Part shown: positions 12,500 through 25,569 of the stretch, in pieces | Layout of the letters: every line of letters starts with the position of its first letter | Position numbering within the stretch: the first letter of the stretch is position 1 | Origin: Octopus sinensis | Lineage: Eukaryota | Assembly (NCBI RefSeq): GCF_006345805.1 | Contig: NC_043004.1 | Span: forward strand, 95,604,001-95,668,000 | Direction: 5' to 3' | Length of the DNA: 64,000 nucleotides | The notes under the pieces: generated by a model | Database searches by the model: none | The model's input: only the letters and a program-made list of their open reading frames with translations | Told to the model about the DNA's origin: nothing | Translations under genes and position numbers: made by a program

Positions 12500-12870
12500 T
12501 CTTTCTGGCTGTGAAAAGCACTCATAGTAGTGACATGTAAAAGTGCCTGTGTGGTGGCACATAAAAACACACATGCAGAGACACGTAAAAGCACCTGCGT
12601 GGCAACATGTAACAGTGCGTGTGTGGTGTCACATACAAGTGCCTGTGCAGTGCCACATAAAAGCATCCAGCACACTCTGTAAAGTAGTTGGCATTAGGAA
12701 GGGGGGCAACAAGCTGTAGAAACCATGCCAGTTCAGACCAGAGTTTGGTGCAGCCCCTGGCATGCTAGCTCTGTCCAACTCATGCCAGGAATGGACAACA
12801 GATGTTGAATGATGATGATGGTGACGACGACGACGACGACGACGATGATGATGATGATGATGATGATGAT
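12500..12870 (+). mobile_element. RTE 3'-UTR repeat with (GAT)n tail
   Basis: Internal AAAAG(C/T)(A/G)CC subrepeats, GGCATTAGGAAGGG motif and GAC/GAT tail at 12809-12870. Confidence 0.7.
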
Positions 12871-12974
12871 AGTCATGTTAAATTGTATCATTTTAAAACA
12901 TAATATAAGCTAGAATGAGTTCCCTTTATTTTCCAAATCCATTTTTCTATCCTGTATATTTATGTACAACAGAG

Positions 12975-13505
12975 TGTAAGGACCTTAAGAGAAAAACTGG
13001 AAATAAGAAACATCTGATGTAGAATAAGAAGCATCCGATGTATGTAAGAGAGAAGACTGTGCTAGTATGGCCATGGGATGCGTATGGATGAGGACAGCTA
13101 TGTAAAGAAGTGCCGGTCTCTAACATTGGAGGGAACCTGTAAAAGGGGTAGGCCCAGGAAGACGTGGAACAAAGTGATGCAATATGATCTTCGGATGTTG
13201 AGTCTCTCAGAGGTGGTGACAAGTGACCAAAACTTTTAGTGATTTGCTGTGCTTGAAAAAACTCAGCAAGCTAAGTGAAATTATAGTCCTGGCCATTGCC
13301 AGTGTCACATAAAAGGCACTCGTGCCAATGACATGTAAAGGGCATGCTGGCTGGTGACATGTAAAAGGCACCAGGACAATCTATGAAGCAGATGGCTTTT
13401 GGAAGGGCATCCAGCTGTTGAAACCAAGCCAAAACAGATTGGAGCCTTACCAGTTCCAGTTAAATCATCTAACCCATGCCAGCATGGAACACAGATGCTA
13501 AATGA
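12975..13505 (+). mobile_element. RTE-clade LINE 3' end (ORF C-terminus plus 3' UTR)
   Basis: Manual translation ..RRLC*YGHGMRMDEDSYVKKCRSLTLEGTCKRGRPRKTWNKVMQYDLR..; followed by the GGAAGGGCATCCAGCTG UTR motif. Confidence 0.85.
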
Positions 13506-13545
13506 TCTTGAAAAAAATTCTCCTCCTCCCTTTTGTTATTTGTGT

Positions 13546-13581
<36 letters not shown>

Positions 13582-13743
13582 TATGGATGATCACCAGAAG
13601 TTACAGAGTGACTCAAGGACTGAGAGTATCGTGCATGATATCAAATGCACAAAACTCTTGGCCCTTGAGGCACTCTCCAATTTCTGCTGATCATGAATTA
13701 AAAAAAAACATTATATATACATACATACACACACACACACACA

Positions 13744-13817
<74 letters not shown>

Positions 13818-13904
13818 ATCATCATTTTAACATTCACTTGTTCAAACATAGTTAAATAGAACCATAGGAGAAAAGATGAAACGATTTCAATCAGCACCAG
13901 CTCC

Positions 13905-14190
13905 TTGCAAATGGCAAAGGAAATGGGATTTGAAAAAGCTGGTACAGAAGGTATTCAGGTTCTACTGCATGCTGATAACAAGATGTTCACCTCAGAAGAC
14001 CTTAAGGAGTTAACAGAACAGCAAGTCTCTAATACAGTTGATGGAGAAGGTGAAGACAAAACTTCTCCACATCCTGTTTAAACAGGAGAGATCTTATCAA
14101 AAAGCTATTCTGAAATAACTTGTGCCTTAGATTGACTTTCAGAATGCATTTCAAATTTTGAATGAAACCTGAGGTAAAAATATCTGCTAT
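13905..14190 (+). pseudogene. Tigger/pogo transposase C-terminal relic
   Basis: Manual translation MAKEMGFEKAGTEGIQVLLHADNKMFTSEDLKELTEQQ...EILSKSYSEITCALD resembles the Tigger1-type C-terminus (LAKxxGFEEV...LTxEDLxEL). Confidence 0.6.
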
Positions 14191-14302
14191 AGAAAACAGT
14201 CAGTGGCTCATAAGATGACGGTAAGGCTATCAACACATGATGCTTTATAATTAAACTAAGAATCAAAGTGAACCGGTATTCTTATTCTTACCTGTTACAT
14301 GA

Positions 14303-14525
14303 ATTAACCCTACAGTATTTTATCTGGCCATATCAGGCTGACATATTCTACATGTGTTATGTTCACACTAACCAGATCTGACCTCTCACACCTACACTAC
14401 AATGTCATTCTAAAAATATCAGTCATATCATTTAAATCTCAAAGCTACAAGATATTGCATGTTTCGTCCAAAACAATGTGAATAAATAAATATTACATTT
14501 GACAGAATAACCTGAATGCTAAAAG
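14303..14525. mobile_element. Decayed non-autonomous element with TTAACCC terminus (piggyBac-like end)
   Basis: Begins TTAACCCT and ends ..GAATGCTAAAAG; superfamily call rests only on the terminus. Confidence 0.4.
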
Positions 14526-15254
14526 ACGAAAAAATATGTATCTCTCTGGAATGTATTACATATAATTTTCTGAAAAGGATTTTTACAATATACATAGAAA
14601 CATTGTAGATTAACTGTATTGCAAATAAAAGTAAGCATAATTAAATCTCAGAATGAGATTGAAACAGTAATCGCTCGATAATGTAAAGTATAGAAGCCAT
14701 CTTATCATGGCTAACCACATAGGGGAGGGGGTGTTACTGTAGCTTTATAGCCCCAAGAGATCGTCGTCTCTAGCTGGCTTTAGACACACCATGCCCTTGG
14801 AAGTATTTGCAAAGGGAGGCCATCCCTTCCTCGCAAGCCTGAGTGATACGCTCGGACTAGTTTCGGGATATTTGTCCCTTGTCAATGGGCGGTAACCAAC
14901 AGGATGCGATGAAAGTGAAGGCTTCCTTGCAAATATATAAGAGTTTTTCTAGAGGCGTTTGCCACTGATTTTGAAATACTAGTATATTTCTAGGAATAAT
15001 TAAAGGGACCTATCCATTGAAACTATGTGAAACTATGTTGGTTTACCTACCTTTCGTAAAGATGTTGCTCATGGAAAAAACAAAGCAGAACTTATTAATT
15101 TCATTAACCACACACACACACATACACATACACATATAAAATCAAAGAATGAACAGTGTGTTCCGACACAGTATTCGATTTTTAAAAATTCTTAAATTTC
15201 TCATGTTGCTTAACACTCTAAGACTTAAATAACTCTTTTATAAATCCGTTAGAT

Positions 15255-15345
15255 TAACTCTGTTGAGTGACATATAGATGATTGTTATGGTTGGATTTAA
15301 CTCACCCATACCAACCTATATCTTCTTGAAACGGCCGTCAGACTT
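15255..15345 (+). ncRNA. Decayed hammerhead-like motif in a Penelope-derived repeat
   Basis: CTGTTGA (15260-15266) ... GAAAC GGCC GTC (palindromic ACGGCCGT); core has A6>U and stems I and II are largely broken. Confidence 0.35.
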
Positions 15346-15702
15346 TGCACCTGCTCAAGATTCCTTTTAAAATCATTTTACACCAACTTTCTCATCTATT
15401 TGGATCCCCCCCCCCCCATACATTCACCATCCTCATATTTTAATGTCCTCATTGATTTTAATACAGACATACAACCTCACAAGTACATTTATGTATTTAT
15501 ATATTGATAAATTTTTATATTATATTTTGCGTATATGAATGTACCTATGTATGCTGTGGACTATTCTGATGCTTTGAAATATATTGAGTGAATATGAACA
15601 CTGACCTTTGAAATTTGTTCTTTAATTCTTGGTTTTATTAGAGTCCTAATTAGTTGTGCTGTATAAGGGGATAATTATCCCATTTATTCCTTCATTTTAA
15701 AC

Positions 15703-15756
<54 letters not shown>

Positions 15757-15760
<4 letters not shown>

Positions 15761-16168
15761 CGCAGGAGTGGCTGTGAGATAAGTAGCTTGCTTACCAACC
15801 ACATGGTTCCGGGTTCAGTCCCACTGCGTGGCACCTTGGGAAAGTGTCTTCTACTATAACCTCAATCCGACCAAAGCCTTGTGAGTGGATTTGGTAGATG
15901 GAAACTGAAAGAAGCCCGTTGTATATATGTATATATATATATATGCGTGTGTGTGTTTGTGTGTCTGTGTTTGTCCCCCTAGCATTGTTTGACAACCGAT
16001 GCTGGTGTGTTTATGTCCCCGTTACTTAGTGGTTCAGCAAAAGACTCTGATAGAATAAGTACTGGGCTTACAAAAGAATAAGTCCCGGGGTCGAGTTGAT
16101 CGATTAAAGGTGGTGCTCCAGCATGGACGCAGTCAAATGACTGAAACAAGTAAAAGAGTAAAAGAGTA
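15757..16168 (+). mobile_element. SINE family A, full length, young
   Basis: TAGGCGCAGGAGTGGCTG head, ACCTTGGG(A/C)AAGTG block, internal (TA)n(TG)n, AAAAGAGT tail. Confidence 0.92.
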
Positions 16169-16176
16169 TATATAAA

Positions 16177-16564
16177 TACTCTTTACTCTTTTACTTGTTT
16201 CAGTCATTTGACTGCGGCCATGCTGGAGTACAACCTTTAGTTGAGCATATTGACCCCAGAACTTACTATTTGTAAGTACTTATTCTATTGGTCTCTTTTG
16301 CTGAACCGCTAGGTTACAGGGCCGTAAACACATCAGCATTGGTTGTCAAGCGATGTTGGGGGGACAAACACAGACACACAAACACACACATATATACATA
16401 TACATATATACGACAGGCTTCCTTCAGTTTCCGTCTTCCAACTCTGCTCACAAGGCTTTAGTCAGCCCAAGGCTATAGTAGAAGACACTTGCCCAAGGTA
16501 TCACAGAATGGGACTGAACACAGAACCATGTGGTTGGTAAGCAAGCTACTTACCACACAACCAC
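16177..16564 (-). mobile_element. SINE family A, older copy, tail-to-tail with previous
   Basis: Reverse complement of the family consensus; starts 8 nt after the preceding copy. Confidence 0.9.
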
Positions 16565-16571
16565 ATATGTA

Positions 16572-16602
<31 letters not shown>

Positions 16603-16603
16603 C

Positions 16604-16636
<33 letters not shown>

Positions 16637-16639
16637 ATG

Positions 16640-16675
<36 letters not shown>

Positions 16676-17144
16676 TATGTACAAACATACCTATCTTTCT
16701 ATCTATCTATCTATTTATCTATATATATGTGTGTGTGTGTAGACATATAGAAAGATAGATAGGTAGATAGATAGATAGATAGATAATTTTGTAATTTTAT
16801 TTTATCCAAAGCTCTGTATTCTGAAGTCACTATTTTGATTTTCACTTTGCCATTTGTGTCAAGCAAAGAAATGTGTGTGTGTATATATATATATAGATAT
16901 ATATAGATATATATATATATGGTTGTGTGTATAAATGTGTGTATGTGTGTGCATGTGCATGTAATGCAAATTGTGTTGATCTCTAAGGAAACAGGAATTT
17001 TCCGATTAGTGATGTTCCATGCCTTTTACATTGCCACGATAACTTTTCGTTGTTATTCTCTCACTATGTACCGCCCCTCTCCCTACCTTTTCATGTGTGT
17101 GTATAGATATAAATATACATATATATACATACATATATATACAT

Positions 17145-17186
<42 letters not shown>

Positions 17187-17267
17187 ATGTGTGTGTGTAT
17201 GAATAAATATTTGTGTGTGTATATATATGTATATATATATAAAAATGTATGTGTATATATATATAAA

Positions 17268-17298
<31 letters not shown>

Positions 17299-17474
17299 GT
17301 GTGTGTTGTGTGTATGTATACATATATGTGTATACTTATGCACACACACACACATATATATGTGTGTGTGTATATCATTCCACTTTCTCTGTGGTTCCCC
17401 TTCACTTTCTCTCTTTCCCTTTTTCTCTTTCATACACACACACACACACACATATACACCCTCACACCCTCACA

Positions 17475-17516
<42 letters not shown>

Positions 17517-17735
17517 AACAAACAAACACATACAGTCCCATAAAATACCATAAAAATGCCAAACAGGCAATTTGGTGTGAAGAGATGTTCCGTTTAAGGA
17601 GACTGACTGGACAGTAGAGAATAGCTACGGTGGTAGTAGGTAGAAAAAGAAAAAAAAAGAAAAACAAAGATTGGTAGGGAATCTGTATAGAGAGAAAAGT
17701 GCAGTGTATATATATTTATATTTATATATATATAT

Positions 17736-17788
<53 letters not shown>

Positions 17789-18054
17789 AAGGAAAACTAG
17801 AATGAGAAACCATCGAGATGAGAGTTTGTGTGGGAGAAGAGACAATTCATGGGCTGCAATGATGTCTGCCAGTGAAACTAGAAACCCTACTGCTAACCAC
17901 AATGAAGACAGCCACCAGTATTCTTGCTTCCATTTCTTTCATTCTTTCTTTCTTTCTTCCTTTCTTTCTTTCTTTCTTATGTAATCAATCAAAATATTCA
18001 TTGGACAAGTTCCAGAACATAATCCAAGTTCCTTGTATTCGTGTACGTGTGTGT

Positions 18055-18218
18055 GTGTGTGTGTGTCTGTGTGTGTGTGTGTATGCATGTGTGTGTGTGT
18101 CAGTGTGTATTTGCATGAGTATTTGTGTGTGTCAGTGTGTATTTGCATGAGTATTTGTGTGAGTGCATACATGTGTATATATATGTGTGTGGGTGTGTAT
18201 ATGCATAAATAATCCCAG

Positions 18219-18269
<51 letters not shown>

Positions 18270-18758
18270 ACATAAGTATGCATGTATGGATTTATGTACA
18301 TCATAGAATAGAATATATTATCATATAGATACATATGCATACATAATTTATATATTATATATATAAATACGTGTATATATGTATACACAAATATATATAT
18401 AATATATATTATATATATAAATAATATATATAAATATATTTTATATCTATATACACATATATATATAATATATATTATCTATACATATTATATATAATAT
18501 ATATTATATATTATATATAATATATATATAATATATATTTTACAATATAGATATATATCTATATATTATATATATATTATATATATAGATGTAATACCCA
18601 TACACACACATATGTTCCAAGTTAGATAAGTCAGTAAAGCATGCTGATGCTCCATCCTGCAATGGATCCAAAATGGTCAAGTAGAATTTAAATAGGTTCA
18701 TGTGTGTGCATATATATATACGTATAAATATACATGTATGAACTAGTATATATATATA

Positions 18759-18791
<33 letters not shown>

Positions 18792-19010
18792 CACATACAT
18801 ATACCAATGATATAAGCATATAGATATATATTTGTGTTGTGTCTGTGTGTGTGTGTGTATGCATGTGTGTGTGTGTCAGTGTGTATTTGCATGAGTATTT
18901 GTGTGTGTCAGTGTGTATTTGCATGAGTATTTGTGTGAGTGCATAGTGTATATATGTATATGTGTGTGGGTGTGTATATGCATAAATAATCCCAGTTAAT
19001 ATATATATAT

Positions 19011-19046
<36 letters not shown>

Positions 19047-19310
19047 CATAAGTATGCATGTATGGATTTATGTACATCATAGAAATATATATTCATATAG
19101 ATACATATGCAATACATATATTTATATATATATATATAAATACGTGTATATATGTATACACAATATATATATATAATATATATTATATATATACATATAT
19201 ATATATAAATATTATTATATATATATAATATTAATAAATATATATTATATATATACATATATATTAAATATATATTATATATATATATATAACATATATA
19301 TAATATATAT

Positions 19311-19352
<42 letters not shown>

Positions 19353-19512
19353 TGTAAATACACATACACACACTATGTTCCAAGTTAGATAAGTCAGTAA
19401 AAGCACGCTGATGCTCCATCCTGCAATGGATCCAAAATGGTCAAGTAGAATTATACATAGGTTCATGTGTGTGCATATATATATACGTATAAATATACAT
19501 GTATGAACATAG

Positions 19513-19552
<40 letters not shown>

Positions 19553-19572
19553 CACATACATTACCAATGTAT

Positions 19573-19620
<48 letters not shown>

Positions 19621-19660
19621 TATATATATTTGTGTGTGTCTGTGTGTGTGTGTGTGTACA
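18055..19660. repeat. ~780-bp tandem duplication of low-complexity DNA
   Basis: Unique anchors recur: CATAAATAATCCCAGTT (about 18204 and 18981) and TATGTTCCAAGTTAGATAAGTCAG..GGATCCAAAATGG (about 18611 and 19374). Confidence 0.9.
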
Positions 19661-20280
19661 TTTACATGTATATATAAACGTGTGTGTATATATTACATAT
19701 ATAAATATACAAGTATTTATGCATATATATGAATGTACACATTTTATGTATGCATATATATATATATATATGTGAATGTATCTCTCTATATATTTTATAT
19801 TATATTATATTTTATATATATATAGAGAGAGAGAAAGAGGGGGGAGAGACAGTGGGGTAGGGTGGGAGAGAGGGAGGGAGAGATTCTGACAAAGAGATAG
19901 ATAGTTATACCAGATAGTGAACGGTTGATAAGTTGGTATAGAAAGAGTTAAGTTTCTAAAAAGATAGAACGCTATATTCAAGTTATAAATCTTGATATTT
20001 CTGTTCATAGACATGTACAATGTGTCTGTGTACGTGTGAACACATCTGTGTGTGTGTTCGAAAGTGGTTGTGTCTGAATATGTATATCTATCTATTTATC
20101 TATCTATTTATCCATGTATATGCATATACATATCTGTTTGTGTGTGTGTGTGTTAATAAGTAGTAAATCTGAAAGTACATCAATGCTGGAGTCTCCTACA
20201 ATTCAGCAATGATGTTTAGGTGAAATTCTAGAAATGTACTTGACAGAATGAATGAATGGTGAAAATAAGTAATACCAATA

Positions 20281-20332
20281 ACAATAACAATAACAACAAC
20301 AACAACAACAACAACACCAATAGCAACAACAC

Positions 20333-20371
<39 letters not shown>

Positions 20372-20595
20372 TAATAATAATGATAATAATAATGATGATG
20401 ATGATGATGATGATAATAATAATAATAATGATAATAATAATAATGATAATAATAATGATAATAATAATAATGATAATAATAATGATAATAATAATGATAA
20501 TAATAATGATAATAATGATGATGATGATGATGATGATAATAATAATAATAATGATAATAATAATAATGATAATATTAATGATAATGATAATAATA

Positions 20596-20627
<32 letters not shown>

Positions 20628-20687
20628 AATAATAATAATGATAATGATGATGATGATGATGATGATGACGATGATGATGATGATTAG
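20281..20687. repeat. Compound trinucleotide microsatellite (AAC)n(AAT)n(GAT)n
   Basis: Directly visible; source of the poly-N/D/I ORFs in the track. Confidence 0.97.
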
Positions 20688-21195
20688 TGACATTTTTACT
20701 GTGTTTGTGGTTATAGCGTTCAGGATGATAATGTCAATTGTAACGTTGGAAGGAAGAGAAAAGGAAGAGGAGGAGAAGGAGGAGGAGGATGTGGAGGAGA
20801 GGGTTGTGGAAGGGAGAGAAAAAAAATTATTAGAAAATGAGAAAGCGATGAAAAACTGAGTATCGCAATCGGAATGAAACAGCATCACCAGCATGGTAAC
20901 TTGAAGAACAAACCTGAGAATATTCTATCCCCATCCCTCCGATGTCTTCTATTATGGGAATTGTAGTATGGCATTAATAAAAGGTTCCTGTTAATTATCC
21001 AAGTTTTAGGCAATTTCTTCCATATTTTAGCTATTATTCTACGGAAATATACTTTCACCATTTCTTGTGAGAAAATATTTCTTGTAATTTCCATTGAATC
21101 AATGGAATGTCTTACACGACAATTACAGTTTGTGACAGGGAATGGTGTACGTGTGAGTATGTGTGTGTAAATACAGGTATGCCTGTGAGTATGTT

Positions 21196-21227
<32 letters not shown>

Positions 21228-22160
21228 GGGGAAGTGATGGGTAAATGTGGGTATCCAGATGTATTTTTGTATTTGAGTGTATATATTGTATGCATGAAAT
21301 AATTAGGTAGGTATATTTTGGACATACATGCATGCACCCAAACACACATTTATATGTGTGCGTGTGTGTGTGGTGTGTGTGTGTATGTATGCATATAGTA
21401 TGTTTGTTTGTGCGCGTGTGTGTGTGTGTGTATGCATAGATGTTCATATGCATATAAATATATATATGTATATGTGTGTGTGTATATATACACATATTGT
21501 TATATTATACACTTATAGATGTTTATTTAAAATATAAATAAATACACACTCACATACATATACATCATATATATATATATATATATATATGTGTGTATGT
21601 GTGTGTGTATGTGTGTGTGTGTTTATTCACTCACTCATACATAAATACATACATTCATACACATAAGTATGTGTGTGTGTGTGGTGTGTGTGTGTGGGTG
21701 GGTATGTGTGTGCGTGTGTGTGTGTATGTGTGTGTGTGTGTTTATGTGTGTGTTTATCTTAAAATTTGACACTGCATACCACTATTACTCAGAGTTTCAA
21801 GCAGTGACACATATCTCTAACTGTAATGTAACATCTCATATTTAATATACATGAATAAGCATTTTCCTTTAGCATTTTCTGCATGTGTGTTTGTGTGTGT
21901 GTATTTGTATCCTTGTTAGTGTGTATCTTTGGTAAGCGCTATGTTATGGGTTTTCTACCTGTTACAGTGACTCTCTCCCATCCATCATATTTTATGCCTC
22001 TCTCTTCCCTTTACAAACCTATCTCCGCACACATATTGTATCTCTCTTATCCTTCCCACTTCTAGCAGTTGTATCAATTTTACTATTCCTTTTATTCACT
22101 GCCCCCACTCTACTGCCCCCTTCTATCTTCCTCTATCTTGTTTTTGTTTCATCCACCCTT

Positions 22161-22735
22161 CATCATCATCATCATTGTTCGACCGTGGTCGAGACAATGG
22201 AATTTACCATGCTACGCCAGACTTCACGGTCCATCATGGCATTACAGGGGTCCTGTTGCTAGATGCCTGTATCCCTGGAGATTACATCAGGGTAGGAGAG
22301 AGTGCGCCCTCTGGTATTGTGAGTAGATGGCTTCCAGAGGAGAAGAGTAGAAATTACCTCGTTTTCAGATCTACAACAATGTCCAGCAAACTGGACTCTC
22401 TTACCTTTCACAATAGATGACACAGGTGGTAGTTTCCCATATATTTGCCTTTTGGTTGGATGGCGCTTCCACGAGAGATTTTGAGCTCTCATAAGGAGGC
22501 GAATGTAGGTTCCATCCAACCGCCTCTCAAGCTTCTTTGATAACGTCCAGGTTTCTGAGCCATATAGTAGGATTGGTTCGACTGTGGCTTTGAAGATTTC
22601 AAGTTTGAAGTCTCTACTTAGATTTGATGACCAAATCTTATGCATGTCATTACAGGCTGACCAGGCCATACCCTTTCTAGTTAGAAAGTCTTTTCCAGAT
22701 GATGATATGTATGACCCAAGATATTTGTAATCCAC
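22161..22735 (-). mobile_element. RTE-clade LINE, 5'-truncated, ORF C-terminus largely open, (GAT)n tail
   Basis: ORF 22259..22735 YKYLGS..KATVEPILLYGSETWTLSKKLERRLDG..FAGHC is the typical RTE post-RT region; (CAT)n on + at 22161-22175. Confidence 0.92.
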
Positions 22736-23114
22736 CCTTCAACCCAACCCATTTTGGTAGACTGCCTACCCATCCCTCATCCACCTTTCCATACACCTTG
22801 CAACCCGTCCATCCATCCATTTCTATTCATCTTGTGCCTTGTGGGGCCACCTGTGCACCTTGTCACCATTATCTATGTCGTGTAGCACCTGCTGATCATT
22901 TTTTCTTTCTTTTTTTCTCTCCCAGCCCTTTTCCCCTACAAGATGTGTGTAGCCATGCCAATCCCTCTGCAGAAACCTGCTCTGCCCTCACCCCCTCCCA
23001 TAGTAATTCCCTCATCCCCTAACATGAAGCTGACCACCACACCCACCTCCACCAGGACACATAGTCCTGTGAACTGCATCAGAACCTCAATAGTGCTGTT
23101 GTCATAGAAAATTC

Positions 23115-23291
23115 ACTCAGTCCATGCTGTGAAATGGCTGGTATCAGGAAGGGCATCCAGCAATAAAAACCATGCCAAAGTACACATTGGAGCAGCTAGA
23201 TGCTGTCCTTTGGCACATCAGAACCTATCAATCCATCCAACCCATCTAGCATGGAGTGTAGACGTTAAATGATGATGATGATGATGATGAC
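23115..23291 (+). mobile_element. RTE 3'-UTR repeat with (GAT)n tail
   Basis: GGTATCAGGAAGGGCATCCAGC...CCAACCCAT..AGCATGG..GACGTTAAATGATGATGAT. Confidence 0.75.
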
Positions 23292-24259
23292 AGAAGGCAC
23301 AGTCAAATGGACCAAAGAAATATCAGTAATAACACATATACAGTATAAAGGAACCTAACAATAATTATTTGTACAACAAAATACAAGATAGTGGTTTTGC
23401 AGATATTATCATAATTACACTGGCTCAACTAAGAGCTGACAAATAATCCCTTCTTTGTGCTTTGATGAGAGTAAGATGAGTCTGAAGTACACTGATGATA
23501 TGAATAATTATGATAATGCTAAATACATTCATGATGAGTGTGATTATATAAAAATTATTCATAAGAACATGGGAAGATAAGGATTCAAAAACGAGATGAT
23601 AAGTAAAATGATAATTAGAATGTAAGAATGATAAGAAAAGACAAAATTATTGATGCTGATATGTGTGATGATGTGGATAAGGCTGATAATAATCATGAGG
23701 ATGATGATTTTAAGAACTATTTTTATTATTAATTTTATCGTTAATATCATCATTATCATTCTTATTGTCATTGTTGTTGTTGTTCATTGTACCAACAGCA
23801 CATACTTGAGTGATCTACGATCTAGACACAGTTTCGTCATTAATATCTGTTATTTACTTCTTGTTAAGATAACCAAGGCCCCAGGTGACTGGTTAGCTCT
23901 TCTGTTTCTTGCCCCTTAGGGGGAAACATATGAAAATTTGTGTATTCAAAAAACATTAACACACAAGATGGTGGCACCTTTAGCACCAGTACCAAAAAGG
24001 TGAAATCCTTTGCAGGACTGGCAACAAATGTCATCCAGATTTCTAAGATGGACCAACACACTGATTTAAAACGTTGAATTTCTAGTAAAAATCTGTCAAC
24101 AGAGAGCAATAATACAGGTGAAACACATAGAAAAGATATACATTTGAATTCAGTTGTCTCACAGAACAGATCTCCACGTTAGTATGGGTGCAAAAGACCC
24201 AGGTGTTGCACATGTGATGTTAACCACCTGAATAAAACATTATTATCATTAAGTGAGAG

Positions 24260-24805
24260 AGCCATCAAAATGACACTAAGGTACAAATATACGAAGCCCG
24301 ATATACCCATCATGACTACCCGTCTGATAAGGGTACACCAGGCACATGCCTCACAACCATATGTGCACGACATGGTGATCTTATATCAAGATAAACAGTG
24401 CATGACCTTGCAGGTGGGGCCCAATTAGAATTTTCTTGTGGTCGAGTAGCCCATCCCTGAATAAGAATTGTTTTAGGATGTTGAATGAACGACCCATGTT
24501 TCCAAAGGTGAATTATCCAAACCTCTAAGAATTCCTTTCAACACACGGTTATGATGCTCCCCCACTACTTCTGCTCATGATCAGAGATGCACATATTGCC
24601 AGCCACTAAGGAACATGCTCAACTAGTTAAGGTCAAACAACTGATAAGTAAATCTATGGCATTGAGAATATTTGCTGTAGCCCATCTTTTATACCAAGAC
24701 AAAACAATGTACATGATAACACTTCCAATCAGTTATGATCAGAAGCCATGAGATCCACTGTCTGGTACTGCATTAGGGCTATTATTATTATTATTATTAT
24801 TATTG
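24260..24805 (+). mobile_element. Non-coding interspersed repeat ending in (TAT)n, probable LINE 3' UTR/SINE
   Basis: Complex ~530-bp block ending abruptly in TATTATTATT; family assignment is from recall, with no second copy in the window. Confidence 0.45.
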
Positions 24806-25052
24806 CTGTTGTTGTTGTAGTTGTTGTTGTTGTTGTTGTTATTACTAGCTGGGCCTGTGCTATCAAAAATGACAGTTAATTATTGTATTTTGTATATGAG
24901 TAAGGTACAAAACAAGCTACATAATAATTACACATACATTCACATATTTCCCTTGTACACACACACACACATACACACATATATTCACACCAAGTTGAAA
25001 CACTGTTTGACTTTTCTTTTCAGCATTGAATGTTCACCATCCCACTTCCATT

Positions 25053-25097
<45 letters not shown>

Positions 25098-25569
25098 TAC
25101 ACACACACACATTCACATAACTCCCTTTTACATACACACACATATACTCACCCAGAGTTGAAACGCTGTTTTGATTTTTTTTTCACCGTAGAATTTCCAT
25201 CATCACACTACCAGTCTGCCATCACCCCTTCCTTCTTTCCTTCCTTCCTTATTCGTCTATCACCCCTTCCTTTCTCATTCATATGTTGTGACGAAGAAAA
25301 CACAAAAGTATTATTACAGTAGATTATTATTGGCAAAGTGGTAGAACTATTAGAATTTTGGACAAAATGCTTAGCAGAATTTCTTCTGGCTCTTTAATTT
25401 ATCAGTTCAAATCCCACTGAGGTCAACTTTGCTTTTTATTCTTTCAGGGTCAATAAAATATAGTCCTGGAGTTAATGTAATTGATTAGCCCCCTCCCCTC
25501 AAAATTTCAGGCTTTATGCTAAAATTTGAAAGAATTATCATTTTTATTACTACTATGACTACTACAATC

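Noticed and set aside
12480-12680. Short spaced direct repeats resembling a CRISPR array
   Set aside because: Degenerate subrepeats of an RTE 3' UTR in a eukaryotic genome; no constant repeat with unique spacers.
20196-20894. 232-aa, 143-aa and 163-aa poly-I/N/D ORFs
   Set aside because: Produced by the trinucleotide array; flanking frames are not protein-like.
20885-21150. Complex-looking block with open frames on both strands
   Set aside because: No convincing splice pair or recognisable domain.
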